64,000 nt of DNA, taken from NCBI GenBank assembly GCA_965208615.1, contig CBDBPB010000007.1:415703-479702 (forward strand). Direction: 5' to 3'. A model generated the notes under the pieces. It did no database searches. It saw only the letters and a list, made by a program, of their open reading frames with translations, and had not been told where the DNA came from. This document shows positions 54,718-64,000 of this stretch, one piece after another (position 1 is the stretch's first letter; the number at the start of each line of letters is the position of its first letter). The translations under genes and the position numbers were made by a program. This DNA is from Spirochaetota bacterium. GTDB lineage: Bacteria > Spirochaetota > UBA6919 > CBDBPB01.

Positions 54718-55704
54718 TTAAACAGGAGAATTAAAACAATAGTTATTTAGTTCAACCATTTTTTTAAATTCTATGAAGATATCTCTATCCCACCATCCTT
54801 TATTAACTTCTTTTGCCATAATATTTAAAGCCATATCACTGTTTATAGCTTTTTTATATGGTCTATTAGTTGTAAGAGAGTCATAAATGTCAACTATTTG
54901 GAGAACACGAGCAGTTATAGGTATTTTTTCACCTTTTAAGCCGCTTGGATAACCAGTACCATTATATTTTTCGTGGTGATGGTGTATAATAGGTATAACA
55001 AGCTTTAAAGAATGTAGAGATTTACATATTCTAATTCCAATAATTGGGTGTTGCCTCATCATTTCCATTTCTTTATTGGTAAGTTTACTTTTTTTTAATA
55101 AAATACTATCAGGAATACCAATCTTTCCAATATCATGGAGTATACCACCACTTTTTAATGCATTAAGATATTTACTATCTAAATTAAGTTTTTTACCAAG
55201 CTTAAAAGAGTTTATAGATAATCTTTCACAATGTCCTTCAGTATATGGGTCTTTAGCCTCTATACTAAAAGCAAGACTTTTAATTATTGACTCAGCCTTT
55301 TCCAGCTCATCATTAAAATGCTTAGTTTTTAATAGAGAGCTAATTCTAGCTTTTAGTATTGTTTTATTAAAAGGTTTAAATAGATAATCATCAGCTCCCA
55401 CCTCAACACCTTTAAGCTCATTTTCGGCTTCTACCAGAGCAGTGATCATAATAATCATAATATTCCTTGTTTTTGCGTTGGACTTTAATTTATAACATAC
55501 ATCATAGCCATTTATTTTTGGTAGCATTACATCAAGCAATATTAAGTCTGGATTAAACTCATCAACCCTCATAAGAGCCTCTTCTCCGTTATAGGCACAG
55601 CTAAGGGAGTAATTAGTTTGAAGTAAGACTTTTAGGAGTTCTACATTTTCTACTATATCGTCTACTATAAGAATTTTAGCTTTAGTGCATTCGCTATTGT
55701 TCAC
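54718..55704 (-). CDS. Response regulator with HD-GYP phosphodiesterase domain (RpfG-like)
   Basis: REC domain plus YTEGHCER, HDIGKIG, HHEKYNGTGYP. Confidence 0.93.
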   Translation of the reverse strand: MNNSECTKAKILIVDDIVENVELLKVLLQTNYSLSCAYNGEEALMRVDEFNPDLILLDVMLPKINGYDVCYKLKSNAKTRNIMIIMITALVEAENELKGVEVGADDYLFKPFNKTILKARISSLLKTKHFNDELEKAESIIKSLAFSIEAKDPYTEGHCERLSINSFKLGKKLNLDSKYLNALKSGGILHDIGKIGIPDSILLKKSKLTNKEMEMMRQHPIIGIRICKSLHSLKLVIPIIHHHHEKYNGTGYPSGLKGEKIPITARVLQIVDIYDSLTTNRPYKKAINSDMALNIMAKEVNKGWWDRDIFIEFKKMVELNNYCFNSPV

Positions 55705-55879
55705 GGTATTAGTTTTTATATATATATTCCTAATATTAAAACAGCTTTATTATAAATGGTATAGTAAACTCGCCACTTTAAAGCAACTAATATAAAAATA
55801 TATAGTTATTTAAAAGTTAATTTTAAATGTTGATAACATAAAAGCTACTTTAATATAAACACCCTACTTAATAAGTATA

Positions 55880-56659
55880 TTAACTTTTAAACTCTTTTTT
55901 TATAAAAGCATAGGCATTATGATTATGTATACTTTCAAAGTTTTCACTTTCAGCGGTACACCATTTAATACGACTATCCATATTTAAGGTTTCTATTATT
56001 TGTCTAACAACGTCTTCCACAAAAACAGGGTTGTTATATCCTTGTTCTGTAACGAACTTTTCATCTTCTCTTTTTAAAAGAGAGAATATCTCACATGAAC
56101 CTGCTTTTTCGACTAGCTCTATAAGTTCTTCTATCCAAATAAACTTGGTACTTTTAATTTTAACAGTTACCTCACTTCGCTGGTTATGTGCACCAAAACT
56201 GCTAATCTCTTTTGAACAGGGGCATACAGTAGTTAAAGGGACTTTTACACCAAGGATCATATTTAGCTTATTATGTTTATTTAGTTTTCCTTTAATTAGG
56301 CAGGTATATTCCATAAGCCCTTTTTCTTTGGATATAGGAGCCGTTTTTTCTATAAAATATGGAAATACAATTTCTAGATGAGCTTCTTCTGCATCAAGTT
56401 TTTTCTTTGTATACAAAAGTATTTCTTTTATATTCTTAACATGGATTTCTCGTTTATACCTGTTTATAACCTCAATAAACCTACTCATGTGAGTTCCTTT
56501 AAACTCTTTGGGCAAGGATACATACATATTTATTTTGGCTACGGTATGCTGAATTTTATTTCGCTTATCCAAAACCGATATAGGATATTTTATATTTTTA
56601 ATACCTACCTTATTGATGGGTATATTTCTATAATCATTAAGGCGTTGGACATCAACCAT
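55880..56659 (-). CDS. folE2: GTP cyclohydrolase FolE2
   Basis: DVQ, KGTHMSRF, CPCSKEIS..GAHNQRS, LLKREDEK, FVEDVVR, ESIHNHNA. Confidence 0.95.
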   Translation of the reverse strand: MVDVQRLNDYRNIPINKVGIKNIKYPISVLDKRNKIQHTVAKINMYVSLPKEFKGTHMSRFIEVINRYKREIHVKNIKEILLYTKKKLDAEEAHLEIVFPYFIEKTAPISKEKGLMEYTCLIKGKLNKHNKLNMILGVKVPLTTVCPCSKEISSFGAHNQRSEVTVKIKSTKFIWIEELIELVEKAGSCEIFSLLKREDEKFVTEQGYNNPVFVEDVVRQIIETLNMDSRIKWCTAESENFESIHNHNAYAFIKKEFKS

Positions 56660-57064
56660 TTAAGCCTCCTTAGTTTTAAATAATGTATTTTATACAACTA
56701 AATAGTTTAATAGTCTATTGTAAAGTTCAAATTGGGTTTCAATATAGACAACTTAAATATAATAAAAGGCATTTGTTAATAATAAACTTTATAGTAAAAC
56801 ATATAACGTAAATATAAGTATATTTTTGTACTTCTTTGTGTAACAGTAAATAAACCATTGACGAAAACTTAAGTCATTGTACTAGGCATACTATTTTATA
56901 AGGATAAGCTAAATCTTAAAATTATTATATATTGACGTTATCTATTAAACCATATAAAAAAATGGCTATTGGAGTACTTTTTATTATATTTATTAGAGTT
57001 CTTGCTAACATAATAAGGCTATATAGACTATCTAGTTAATAATTAAAGACATATAGGAGTTTTT

Positions 57065-57865
57065 ATGGGCATATTTGATAAGATAAAGCTTAGTTTAGGA
57101 AGAACTAAAATAAAAATTGTATTAAAAGAGGATAATACTAACTTTAATCAAGGGGATTTAATTATTGGTAAGGTTATAATTACCGGAGGAAATGAGGGTC
57201 AAACTATTACTAACCTTAGTCTTAGGTTAATGGTTAAGTTTAGTGAAACTCTAGAAACCATACACGAGTATGCCGATGGTTCAACTTATGTGGAGGATGA
57301 GGATACTAAAGCTATTACAGAAGTCCTTGATGAGATTGTAGAGGATAACCCTATTAAGGTTGGAAAGTCTGATGTGGAGCTTGATTTTGAGTTTAAGATA
57401 CCTTATAATGTAGATATATCTATGGAAAACGAAGCTGAGTATTATATTTACGCTATAGCAGATCTAAATAGTATTATAAAGCCTAAGGATCGTGTTGATA
57501 TAAAAATAAATCCATCATATGAGATTCAAGCCATAGAATATGTATTAGAAGAAAAGTTTGGCTTTGAGTTTCTGGGTGAGTTTTCTCAGAATGGTCGTAT
57601 TATGGTTGAGTTTGCTGGGGGTAGTTATCATCCTAATAATTTTGGACTTACTATGATTAATATGGAGACTGGAATAGAGATTGAGCTATATCCAGAGCTA
57701 TCCAACATGAGTTTTGCAGATTTCATTCGCTCTGACTTAACCCATGAGAGCGTTAAATATCAGATTGACCTTGGATATGATCAGATTATGACTAAATCAG
57801 ATGAGGTGGATGTTGATATAGTTGCAGATATATTTAAACGGGTGTTTAAAGACTTAAAGTGGTAG
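57065..57865 (+). CDS. Spo0M-like (arrestin-fold) protein
   Basis: MGIFDKIK.SLG....KI.L......QG..I.GKV.I.GG...Q.I..L N-terminus, F.F.IP, DL.....P.D. Confidence 0.65.
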   Translation: MGIFDKIKLSLGRTKIKIVLKEDNTNFNQGDLIIGKVIITGGNEGQTITNLSLRLMVKFSETLETIHEYADGSTYVEDEDTKAITEVLDEIVEDNPIKVGKSDVELDFEFKIPYNVDISMENEAEYYIYAIADLNSIIKPKDRVDIKINPSYEIQAIEYVLEEKFGFEFLGEFSQNGRIMVEFAGGSYHPNNFGLTMINMETGIEIELYPELSNMSFADFIRSDLTHESVKYQIDLGYDQIMTKSDEVDVDIVADIFKRVFKDLKW

Positions 57866-57988
57866 TATATAGTTAAATATTACAAATGATTAGAATAATA
57901 ATTTTTTAAGTTGATTTTTTTCAATAATAGAATATGTTATTGTTATAATATCTTTAAATTTATAATTTAACTATCCAATGTAATATAT

Positions 57989-58384
57989 TTGATTGTAGTA
58001 AGAGTGTTGGGAATGGATCCAAATAAAAATAATAATAAAAATAATTGGACAAAAGAAGAAGAAGCCTCTTTAAAAGAATTATACTCTAACCATAGTAACT
58101 TATACCTTTCTAAACTATTAAAAAAGACAAAAGCAAGTATAGATAATAAAGGTGCCCTTTTGGGATTGAAAAAAACAACCGGTTATAGAAAGAAAGTTAA
58201 TATTGAGAATAATAAACAAAAAAGGCATGCGTGGACAGATGAGGATATATCTTTTTTAAAGGAAAATTACAAGAAAAAGCCTTACTATGAAATAGCAGAA
58301 AAGCTTTATAGAACCCCTACTGCAGTAGCTCAAAAGCTAAGACAAATGAACTTAAGAAAATATCCTAAAAGAACCGCCCATTAA
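57989..58384 (+). CDS. Small protein with two Myb/SANT-like HTH repeats
   Basis: WTKEEEASLKELY and WTDEDISFLKENY...IAEKL.RT..AV..K; likely start ATG at 58013. Confidence 0.65.
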   Translation: MIVVRVLGMDPNKNNNKNNWTKEEEASLKELYSNHSNLYLSKLLKKTKASIDNKGALLGLKKTTGYRKKVNIENNKQKRHAWTDEDISFLKENYKKKPYYEIAEKLYRTPTAVAQKLRQMNLRKYPKRTAH

Positions 58385-58429
58385 TTTAATTAATATAATT
58401 TAACTTATTAATAATAAGGAAGTTTTATT

Positions 58430-59587
58430 ATGAAAAGAAAGTTTATAAAAGCTTTAGTGATAGTTAGTTTTATAATAATAATATTTTTTATTCTTGATGA
58501 TTTTTTAGATAATAGTTTAACAGACTTTTTAAATAAAGGCTATAAAAAAACAGAAGAGGCTTTAGAAAAGCAAAAGGCTAAGTTAAAAAAAGCAAGACAC
58601 TTAAACGAAGAAATATATGATATTAATGATAAGCTTTATAGTATATTTTTCACTCGCCTATATAATGGCAATCACAAAATAGCTTCTGGTTATAAAAATA
58701 GTATTGATCGGCATCTTATAAGGGCTTTAAAAAAGGCTAAGAGTCAAGTTTATGCCGCTGTCCATGAGCTAGACTCTAAAATCATTACTGATGCAATACT
58801 AAGTCTTTATGAAAGAGGTGTTGAGGTAAAAATATTAACTGAGAGTAAATATATTAATGAGGAATCTATTATTAGGCTAAGGAAAGCTGGTATACCAATT
58901 ATGGATGACAGTTCAGCTGGCAAGAGTCGTTTAATGCATAATAAGTTTTTTGTAATTGATGGTAAATGGGTTTGGACTGGGAGTTTTAATCCTACATATA
59001 ACGGAAGTTATAAGAATAATAATAATGCTATTCTAATATACTCTAGGGAGTTGGCTTATAATTTTTTAAGCGAATTTAAAGAAATGTTTTTTAATAAGAA
59101 GTTTGGTAGGCGTTCTCCTAAAGAAATTAAATATAAATCTGTTAATCTTGGTGATAACACCACTATTAAAGCTTTTTTTGCTCCTGAGAATGACGTGGCA
59201 AAAGTAATTTCTAATGAGATTAAAAATGCAAAAAATAGTATATACTTTATGGCATTTAGTTTTACCCATAATAATATTGCTAAAGCTATGATTAATAAGC
59301 ATAAAGACGGTCTAAAGGTTATGGGGATATTTGAGAAAAGACAAAATAATCCCAAATATTCTATGTTTTATCCGATGAATAAAGCGGGTATTATGGTGAG
59401 AAATGACAAAAATAAGTATAACATGCATCACAAGGTTATTATTATAGATGAAAGGTTGACTATTTTAGGTTCTTTTAACTTTTCAAAGAATGCGGATAAA
59501 AGAAATGATGAAAATATACTTATAATTTCTAATGCAAATATTGCTAAAAAGTATATTGGAGAGTTTAAAAGGCTTTATTACAAATAA
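58430..59587 (+). CDS. Phospholipase D family protein (membrane-anchored, two HKD motifs)
   Basis: MHNKFFVID..TGSFN and MHHKVIIID..GSFNFS. Confidence 0.9.
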   Translation: MKRKFIKALVIVSFIIIIFFILDDFLDNSLTDFLNKGYKKTEEALEKQKAKLKKARHLNEEIYDINDKLYSIFFTRLYNGNHKIASGYKNSIDRHLIRALKKAKSQVYAAVHELDSKIITDAILSLYERGVEVKILTESKYINEESIIRLRKAGIPIMDDSSAGKSRLMHNKFFVIDGKWVWTGSFNPTYNGSYKNNNNAILIYSRELAYNFLSEFKEMFFNKKFGRRSPKEIKYKSVNLGDNTTIKAFFAPENDVAKVISNEIKNAKNSIYFMAFSFTHNNIAKAMINKHKDGLKVMGIFEKRQNNPKYSMFYPMNKAGIMVRNDKNKYNMHHKVIIIDERLTILGSFNFSKNADKRNDENILIISNANIAKKYIGEFKRLYYK

Positions 59588-59616
59588 GTTAGACTATACA
59601 ACTATATAAGCCTAAA

Positions 59617-61011
59617 TTAGTTAAGGTGTTTTTTGTAAAAGTCGGTTGGTAATACGGGATATTTTCCATTAAAGCATGCCAAGCAATAGTTATCCGAATC
59701 TTGACCAAGAGCTTTAAGCATACCCTTAATACTAAGATAGTAAACACTATTTGCACCTATAAACTTACTAATTTTGTTAATATCGTCATCGCAAATGTGG
59801 GATAAAAGTACCTCTCTATTTGGAGTATCAATACCATAAAAGCATGAGTGAGTTATTGCTGGAGAACTAACTAAAATATGAACTTCTTTAGCTCCGGCAT
59901 TATATAGCATTTTTACAATTTCTTTACAAGTTGTACCTCTTACAATAGAGTCATCGATTACAATAACTCTTTTATTATTAATTATTTGCGAGACTGGACT
60001 TAATTTAATTCGTACCTTAGAAGTTCTAAAAACTTGATTTGGCTGAATAAAAGTACGACCTACATAATGATTTCTAAGGAATCCCATTTCATAAGGTATT
60101 CCTGATTCTTCTGAGTAGCCTATAGCGGCAGTAATTCCAGAGTCTGGAACTGGTATTACTATATCTGCTTTTAAAGGACATTCTCTTGCTAGTATTCTGC
60201 CAAATTCTTTTCTAGTTTGATATACGCTTTTTCCAAAAACTATACTATCTGGTCTTGATAGATAAATCAACTCAAAAATACACTGACTAATGGTTTTTTT
60301 TTGTTCCATGGTATAAGAAGAGAGTCCATCTTTATTAATAATGACCATTTCATTGGGATTAACAGAGCGTATATATTTAGCTCCAATTTGATCAAGGGCA
60401 CAACTTTCAGAGGCTATACAATATGAGTCATCAATTAGCCCTATACAAAGGGGTCTAAATCCTGAAGGATCTTTTACGGCGATAATTTCATTTTCGGTCA
60501 TAAGCAACAACGAATATGCCCCTTTTAACTTATTTAGGGCTTCTATAAGGGCTTCTTTTATGTTTGGCTTTTTAGACCTAGCAATTAAGTGTACAATTAC
60601 TTCTGAGTCTATTGTTGTTTGAAAGATAGAGCCTTTTTCTTCAAGGGTTTTTTTTATTTGCATGGCATTTACGATATTACCATTGTGAGCTACTGCAATC
60701 TTTCCTCTTTTATACCGAACAATGACAGGCTGTGAATTCTGAACCTTAGACCTACCAAAGGTTGAATATCGAACATGGCCTATAGCCATATTACCTTTTA
60801 GTTTTTTAAGATCATTGTCATTAAAAACTTTTTGTACTAAGCCCATACCTTTTTGATAAATAAACTTTCCGTTATTGCTAGTACAAATACCAGCACTCTC
60901 CTGGCCTCTATGTTGTAGTGCATATAGCCCGAGGAAAGTGGCATGAGCAACGTCTAATTTAGGGGATAGAATCCCAAAAATACCACATTCGTCATAAAAC
61001 TTATCTTTCAT
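59617..61011 (-). CDS. purF: Amidophosphoribosyltransferase
   Basis: ECGIFG, LQHRGQE, HVRYST, HNGNI, DDSIVRGTT. Confidence 0.96.
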   Translation of the reverse strand: MKDKFYDECGIFGILSPKLDVAHATFLGLYALQHRGQESAGICTSNNGKFIYQKGMGLVQKVFNDNDLKKLKGNMAIGHVRYSTFGRSKVQNSQPVIVRYKRGKIAVAHNGNIVNAMQIKKTLEEKGSIFQTTIDSEVIVHLIARSKKPNIKEALIEALNKLKGAYSLLLMTENEIIAVKDPSGFRPLCIGLIDDSYCIASESCALDQIGAKYIRSVNPNEMVIINKDGLSSYTMEQKKTISQCIFELIYLSRPDSIVFGKSVYQTRKEFGRILARECPLKADIVIPVPDSGITAAIGYSEESGIPYEMGFLRNHYVGRTFIQPNQVFRTSKVRIKLSPVSQIINNKRVIVIDDSIVRGTTCKEIVKMLYNAGAKEVHILVSSPAITHSCFYGIDTPNREVLLSHICDDDINKISKFIGANSVYYLSIKGMLKALGQDSDNYCLACFNGKYPVLPTDFYKKHLN

Positions 61012-61075
61012 AATACTTTATTTGTCTTTCGAGATAAACTTTTTATAGTTATTACTAAAATAGCAAAAATATAAG

Positions 61076-63265
61076 TTATACTTTTAAAGATTCCCAGTTA
61101 TTTTTTAGTTCTTCAATAGATAAGTCAATTAGCTTGTTTATTTTTAACCGATTATCATTATTTACAATGCCTATTTGTAGATATGGAATTTCTTTATCTT
61201 CTAAATACATAATAAGTTCGTAAATATTGCTTGGTGAAACAGATATAATAATCCTTGATTGGGATTCACTAAATAATAATGCATTATTGGATAAGCCAGT
61301 ATCACCAATATACAAAGAAGCACCAATATTACCTTTAATACAGCACTCAGCCATAGCAACAGCTAAACCGCCATCGGATATGTCATGAGCAGAGCTAATA
61401 AGACCCATGGATATTAATAGCTGACAAGTATCTTGAATAAGTTTTTCAAACTCTAAATTCAGAGTGGGACACCTACCCTTAACCTTATTAGCAATAACCT
61501 TAAGATATTCAGTTCCACCGAGTTCTTCTAAGGTATCCCCTAATAGAAAAATAGCATCATCGGCTTTTTTAAAACCGGTAGTAATTATATTATTAATATC
61601 ATCTATAACCCCTAACATTCCAATTATAGGGCTTGGATAAATAGGTGATCCATTAGTATCATTATAAAAACTAACGTTTCCACTTACAACAGGGGTATTT
61701 AGTTTTTCACATGCATTTTTAATACCCATAATTCCTTGTTGAAACTGCCACATAACTCCCTTATTTTCCGGGCTACCAAAATTGAGTCCATCAGTAATGG
61801 CTAATGGTCTTGCCCCCGTACACACAATATTTCTTGCCGCCTCTACTACAGCGATCTGAGAACCCACAAATGGATCTAAATAACAATATCTACTATTTCC
61901 ATCAATAGATATAGCAATGGCTTTATTAGTACCCTTAATCCGTATTACAGAGGCATCAGCCTCACCAGGCCCAATAACAGTATTAGTACCAACCATATAA
62001 TCATATTGTTGAAATATATTATTTTTACTGGCAATGCTGGGGCTTGAAAGTAGCTTTAGGAGAGTATTATTAAAGTCATCCACCATAGGTATATCTTTTA
62101 ACATAAGCCGATTAAGGTCATCTTGATATTCGGGTTTTTCATAAGGACGCCTATAAATAGGTGCATCATCAGCTAAAGACCTTGAAGGTACCTTGGCTTG
62201 AACTTCTTTATTATGAATAACAGTAAGTATAGGACTACTTTTTACTAATCCTATAACACTAGCCTCTAATCCCCATTTATGGAATATTTTAATAGCTTTA
62301 TTCTCATATCCAGATTTAACAATAATAAGCATTCTCTCTTGAGATTCAGATAGCATCATCTCATAAGGAGTTAATGCTTTATCTCTTTGAGGAACAAGGT
62401 TTAAGTTTAATAACATTCCCAGGTTAGCCTTTCCGCTCATCTCGGATGATGAACTGGTTAGCCCTGCAGCACCCATATCTTGCATAGCCACTAAATAGTC
62501 TTTTTGGGATAACTCTAAACAAGCCTCAATAAGTAGTTTTTCTAAGAATGGATCACCTACTTGTACTGCTGGACGGTCTTGTTCACTTTTATCGCTAAGT
62601 TCTTTGGATGCAAATGCCGCACCTCCAAGCCCATCCCGTCCAGTAGTTGATCCTGCGTATATAACAGGATTTCCAGCACCACTAGCTACAGCTTTTACAA
62701 GTTTATCTTTTTTAATAATGCCAATACACATAACATTAACTAAAGGATTTCCATCATAACACTCCTCAAAGTATACCTCTCCGCCAACAGTAGGTACGCC
62801 TACACAATTGCCGTATCCTGCTATTCCCTCTACTACTCCTGCTAACAGATATTTAGTCTTAGATTTATCATAATTACCAAAACGTAAAGAGTTCATAATA
62901 GCAATAGGACGGGCTCCCATAGTAAATATATCTCTTAATATTCCCCCAACTCCGGTTGCGGCACCTTGATAAGGCTCTATAGCACTAGGATGATTATGAG
63001 ATTCTACTTTCATTACAATAGCTAGTCCATTTCCAATATCGACTACCCCTGCATTTTCACCAGGCCCTTGTATAACGTGTTCAGCAGTAGAAGGCAGTTC
63101 TTTTAAAAAAACCTTAGAACTCTTATATGAACAATGTTCTGACCACAAAACAGAATACATACCTAATTCGGTGATACTAGGTTCTCTGCCTAAAATTACT
63201 TTGATTTTGTCATATTCTTCTAGTGTTAGATTATGCCTCAGTATAATCTCTTTTGTTATTTTCAA
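61076..63265 (-). CDS. purL: Phosphoribosylformylglycinamidine synthase subunit PurL
   Basis: [40 protein letters not shown]. Confidence 0.96.
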   Translation of the reverse strand: MKITKEIILRHNLTLEEYDKIKVILGREPSITELGMYSVLWSEHCSYKSSKVFLKELPSTAEHVIQGPGENAGVVDIGNGLAIVMKVESHNHPSAIEPYQGAATGVGGILRDIFTMGARPIAIMNSLRFGNYDKSKTKYLLAGVVEGIAGYGNCVGVPTVGGEVYFEECYDGNPLVNVMCIGIIKKDKLVKAVASGAGNPVIYAGSTTGRDGLGGAAFASKELSDKSEQDRPAVQVGDPFLEKLLIEACLELSQKDYLVAMQDMGAAGLTSSSSEMSGKANLGMLLNLNLVPQRDKALTPYEMMLSESQERMLIIVKSGYENKAIKIFHKWGLEASVIGLVKSSPILTVIHNKEVQAKVPSRSLADDAPIYRRPYEKPEYQDDLNRLMLKDIPMVDDFNNTLLKLLSSPSIASKNNIFQQYDYMVGTNTVIGPGEADASVIRIKGTNKAIAISIDGNSRYCYLDPFVGSQIAVVEAARNIVCTGARPLAITDGLNFGSPENKGVMWQFQQGIMGIKNACEKLNTPVVSGNVSFYNDTNGSPIYPSPIIGMLGVIDDINNIITTGFKKADDAIFLLGDTLEELGGTEYLKVIANKVKGRCPTLNLEFEKLIQDTCQLLISMGLISSAHDISDGGLAVAMAECCIKGNIGASLYIGDTGLSNNALLFSESQSRIIISVSPSNIYELIMYLEDKEIPYLQIGIVNNDNRLKINKLIDLSIEELKNNWESLKV

Positions 63266-63286
63266 GAGAGTCCCCTATTATGATAT

Positions 63287-63970
63287 TTAGTTTGACTCGA
63301 TAGAGCTAAATATTTTTATTCCATCAATGGAGCCTAATAGCTTATCTACAGCTCTTTCTGGATGAGGCATTAGTCCAAAAACATTCTTATTTTCATTACA
63401 TATACCGGCAATATTGCCCAAAGAGCCATTGGGATTAGAATCTAATGTTATATTACCGTTTTTATCGCAATACTTAAATATAATTTGTTCATTTTCCTCT
63501 AACCTTTTATAGGTATTATTATCACAAAAGTAGTTTCCATCCATGTGAGCTATTGGTATTTTAAGAACTTTGTTTATATTAATGTTGTTGGTAAAAGGGG
63601 TATTATTATTTAAAGTTTTAATATATACGTTTTTACATATAAAATGAATATTCTTATTTTGGATCATAGCTCCAGGTAGAAGGTTTACTTCTAGTAATAT
63701 TTGAAATCCGTTACAGATTCCTATTACGAGTCCACCACTATTAGCGAAGTCTATAATTTTTTTCATTATTCGTGAGAACCTTGCAATAGCACCAGCTCTT
63801 AAGTAATCCCCGTAAGAAAAGCCTCCTGGAAGAACTATGCAGTCAATATCTTCTATATTAGTATTATTATGCCAAATCATACTAACTTTTGAATTAGTAC
63901 ACTGTTTTATTGCATAATAACTATCTCTATCACAGTTAGAGCCAGGAAAAACAACTACGCCATATTTCAT
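63287..63970 (-). CDS. purQ: Phosphoribosylformylglycinamidine synthase subunit PurQ
   Basis: [34 protein letters not shown] (track start 63988). Confidence 0.96.
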   Translation of the reverse strand: MKYGVVVFPGSNCDRDSYYAIKQCTNSKVSMIWHNNTNIEDIDCIVLPGGFSYGDYLRAGAIARFSRIMKKIIDFANSGGLVIGICNGFQILLEVNLLPGAMIQNKNIHFICKNVYIKTLNNNTPFTNNININKVLKIPIAHMDGNYFCDNNTYKRLEENEQIIFKYCDKNGNITLDSNPNGSLGNIAGICNENKNVFGLMPHPERAVDKLLGSIDGIKIFSSIESN

Positions 63971-64000
63971 ATTTATGCCTTTATACAAAGTTTTTAATAA

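Overview
AT-rich bacterial chromosome segment, probably from a spirochaete-like host (inferred from the WhiG-type FliA, the RpoS-like sigma and a flagellar-associated hypothetical protein). It carries an apparently complete 35,349-bp Mu/B3-like transposable myoprophage at 9127-44475. The prophage is delimited by TG...CA ends, 55-bp terminal inverted repeats (52/55 identical) and a 6-bp target duplication CAGCAC. Left flank: a giant TPR-fused alpha-2-macroglobulin gene (runs off the window), trpE and hisE. Right flank: tRNA-Ile, tRNA-Asp and housekeeping genes (sigma70-family factor, ispD, PIN/TRAM, carD, rlmE, proB, DegP-like protease, HD-GYP regulator, folE2, PLD, purF/L/Q). Most unusual prophage features: (1) a full-length FliA/WhiG (sigma-28) gene in the slot after gemA where Mu-like phages normally carry the Mor activator; (2) an array of three antirepressor genes built from shared direct-repeat blocks; (3) a portal-MuF-HExxH metallopeptidase fusion with a separately promoted antisense small acidic gene (candidate toxin/immunity pair); (4) an Rz1-position lysis protein with a 4-strand beta-barrel anchor instead of a lipobox; (5) a tail fibre ending in a recently amplified 7-blade propeller, with a relic of an older tip behind it; (6) an orphan third phage end 322 bp outside the prophage. 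Several single-base homopolymer frameshifts look like assembly errors. All functional calls are from motif recognition by eye; no searches were run.
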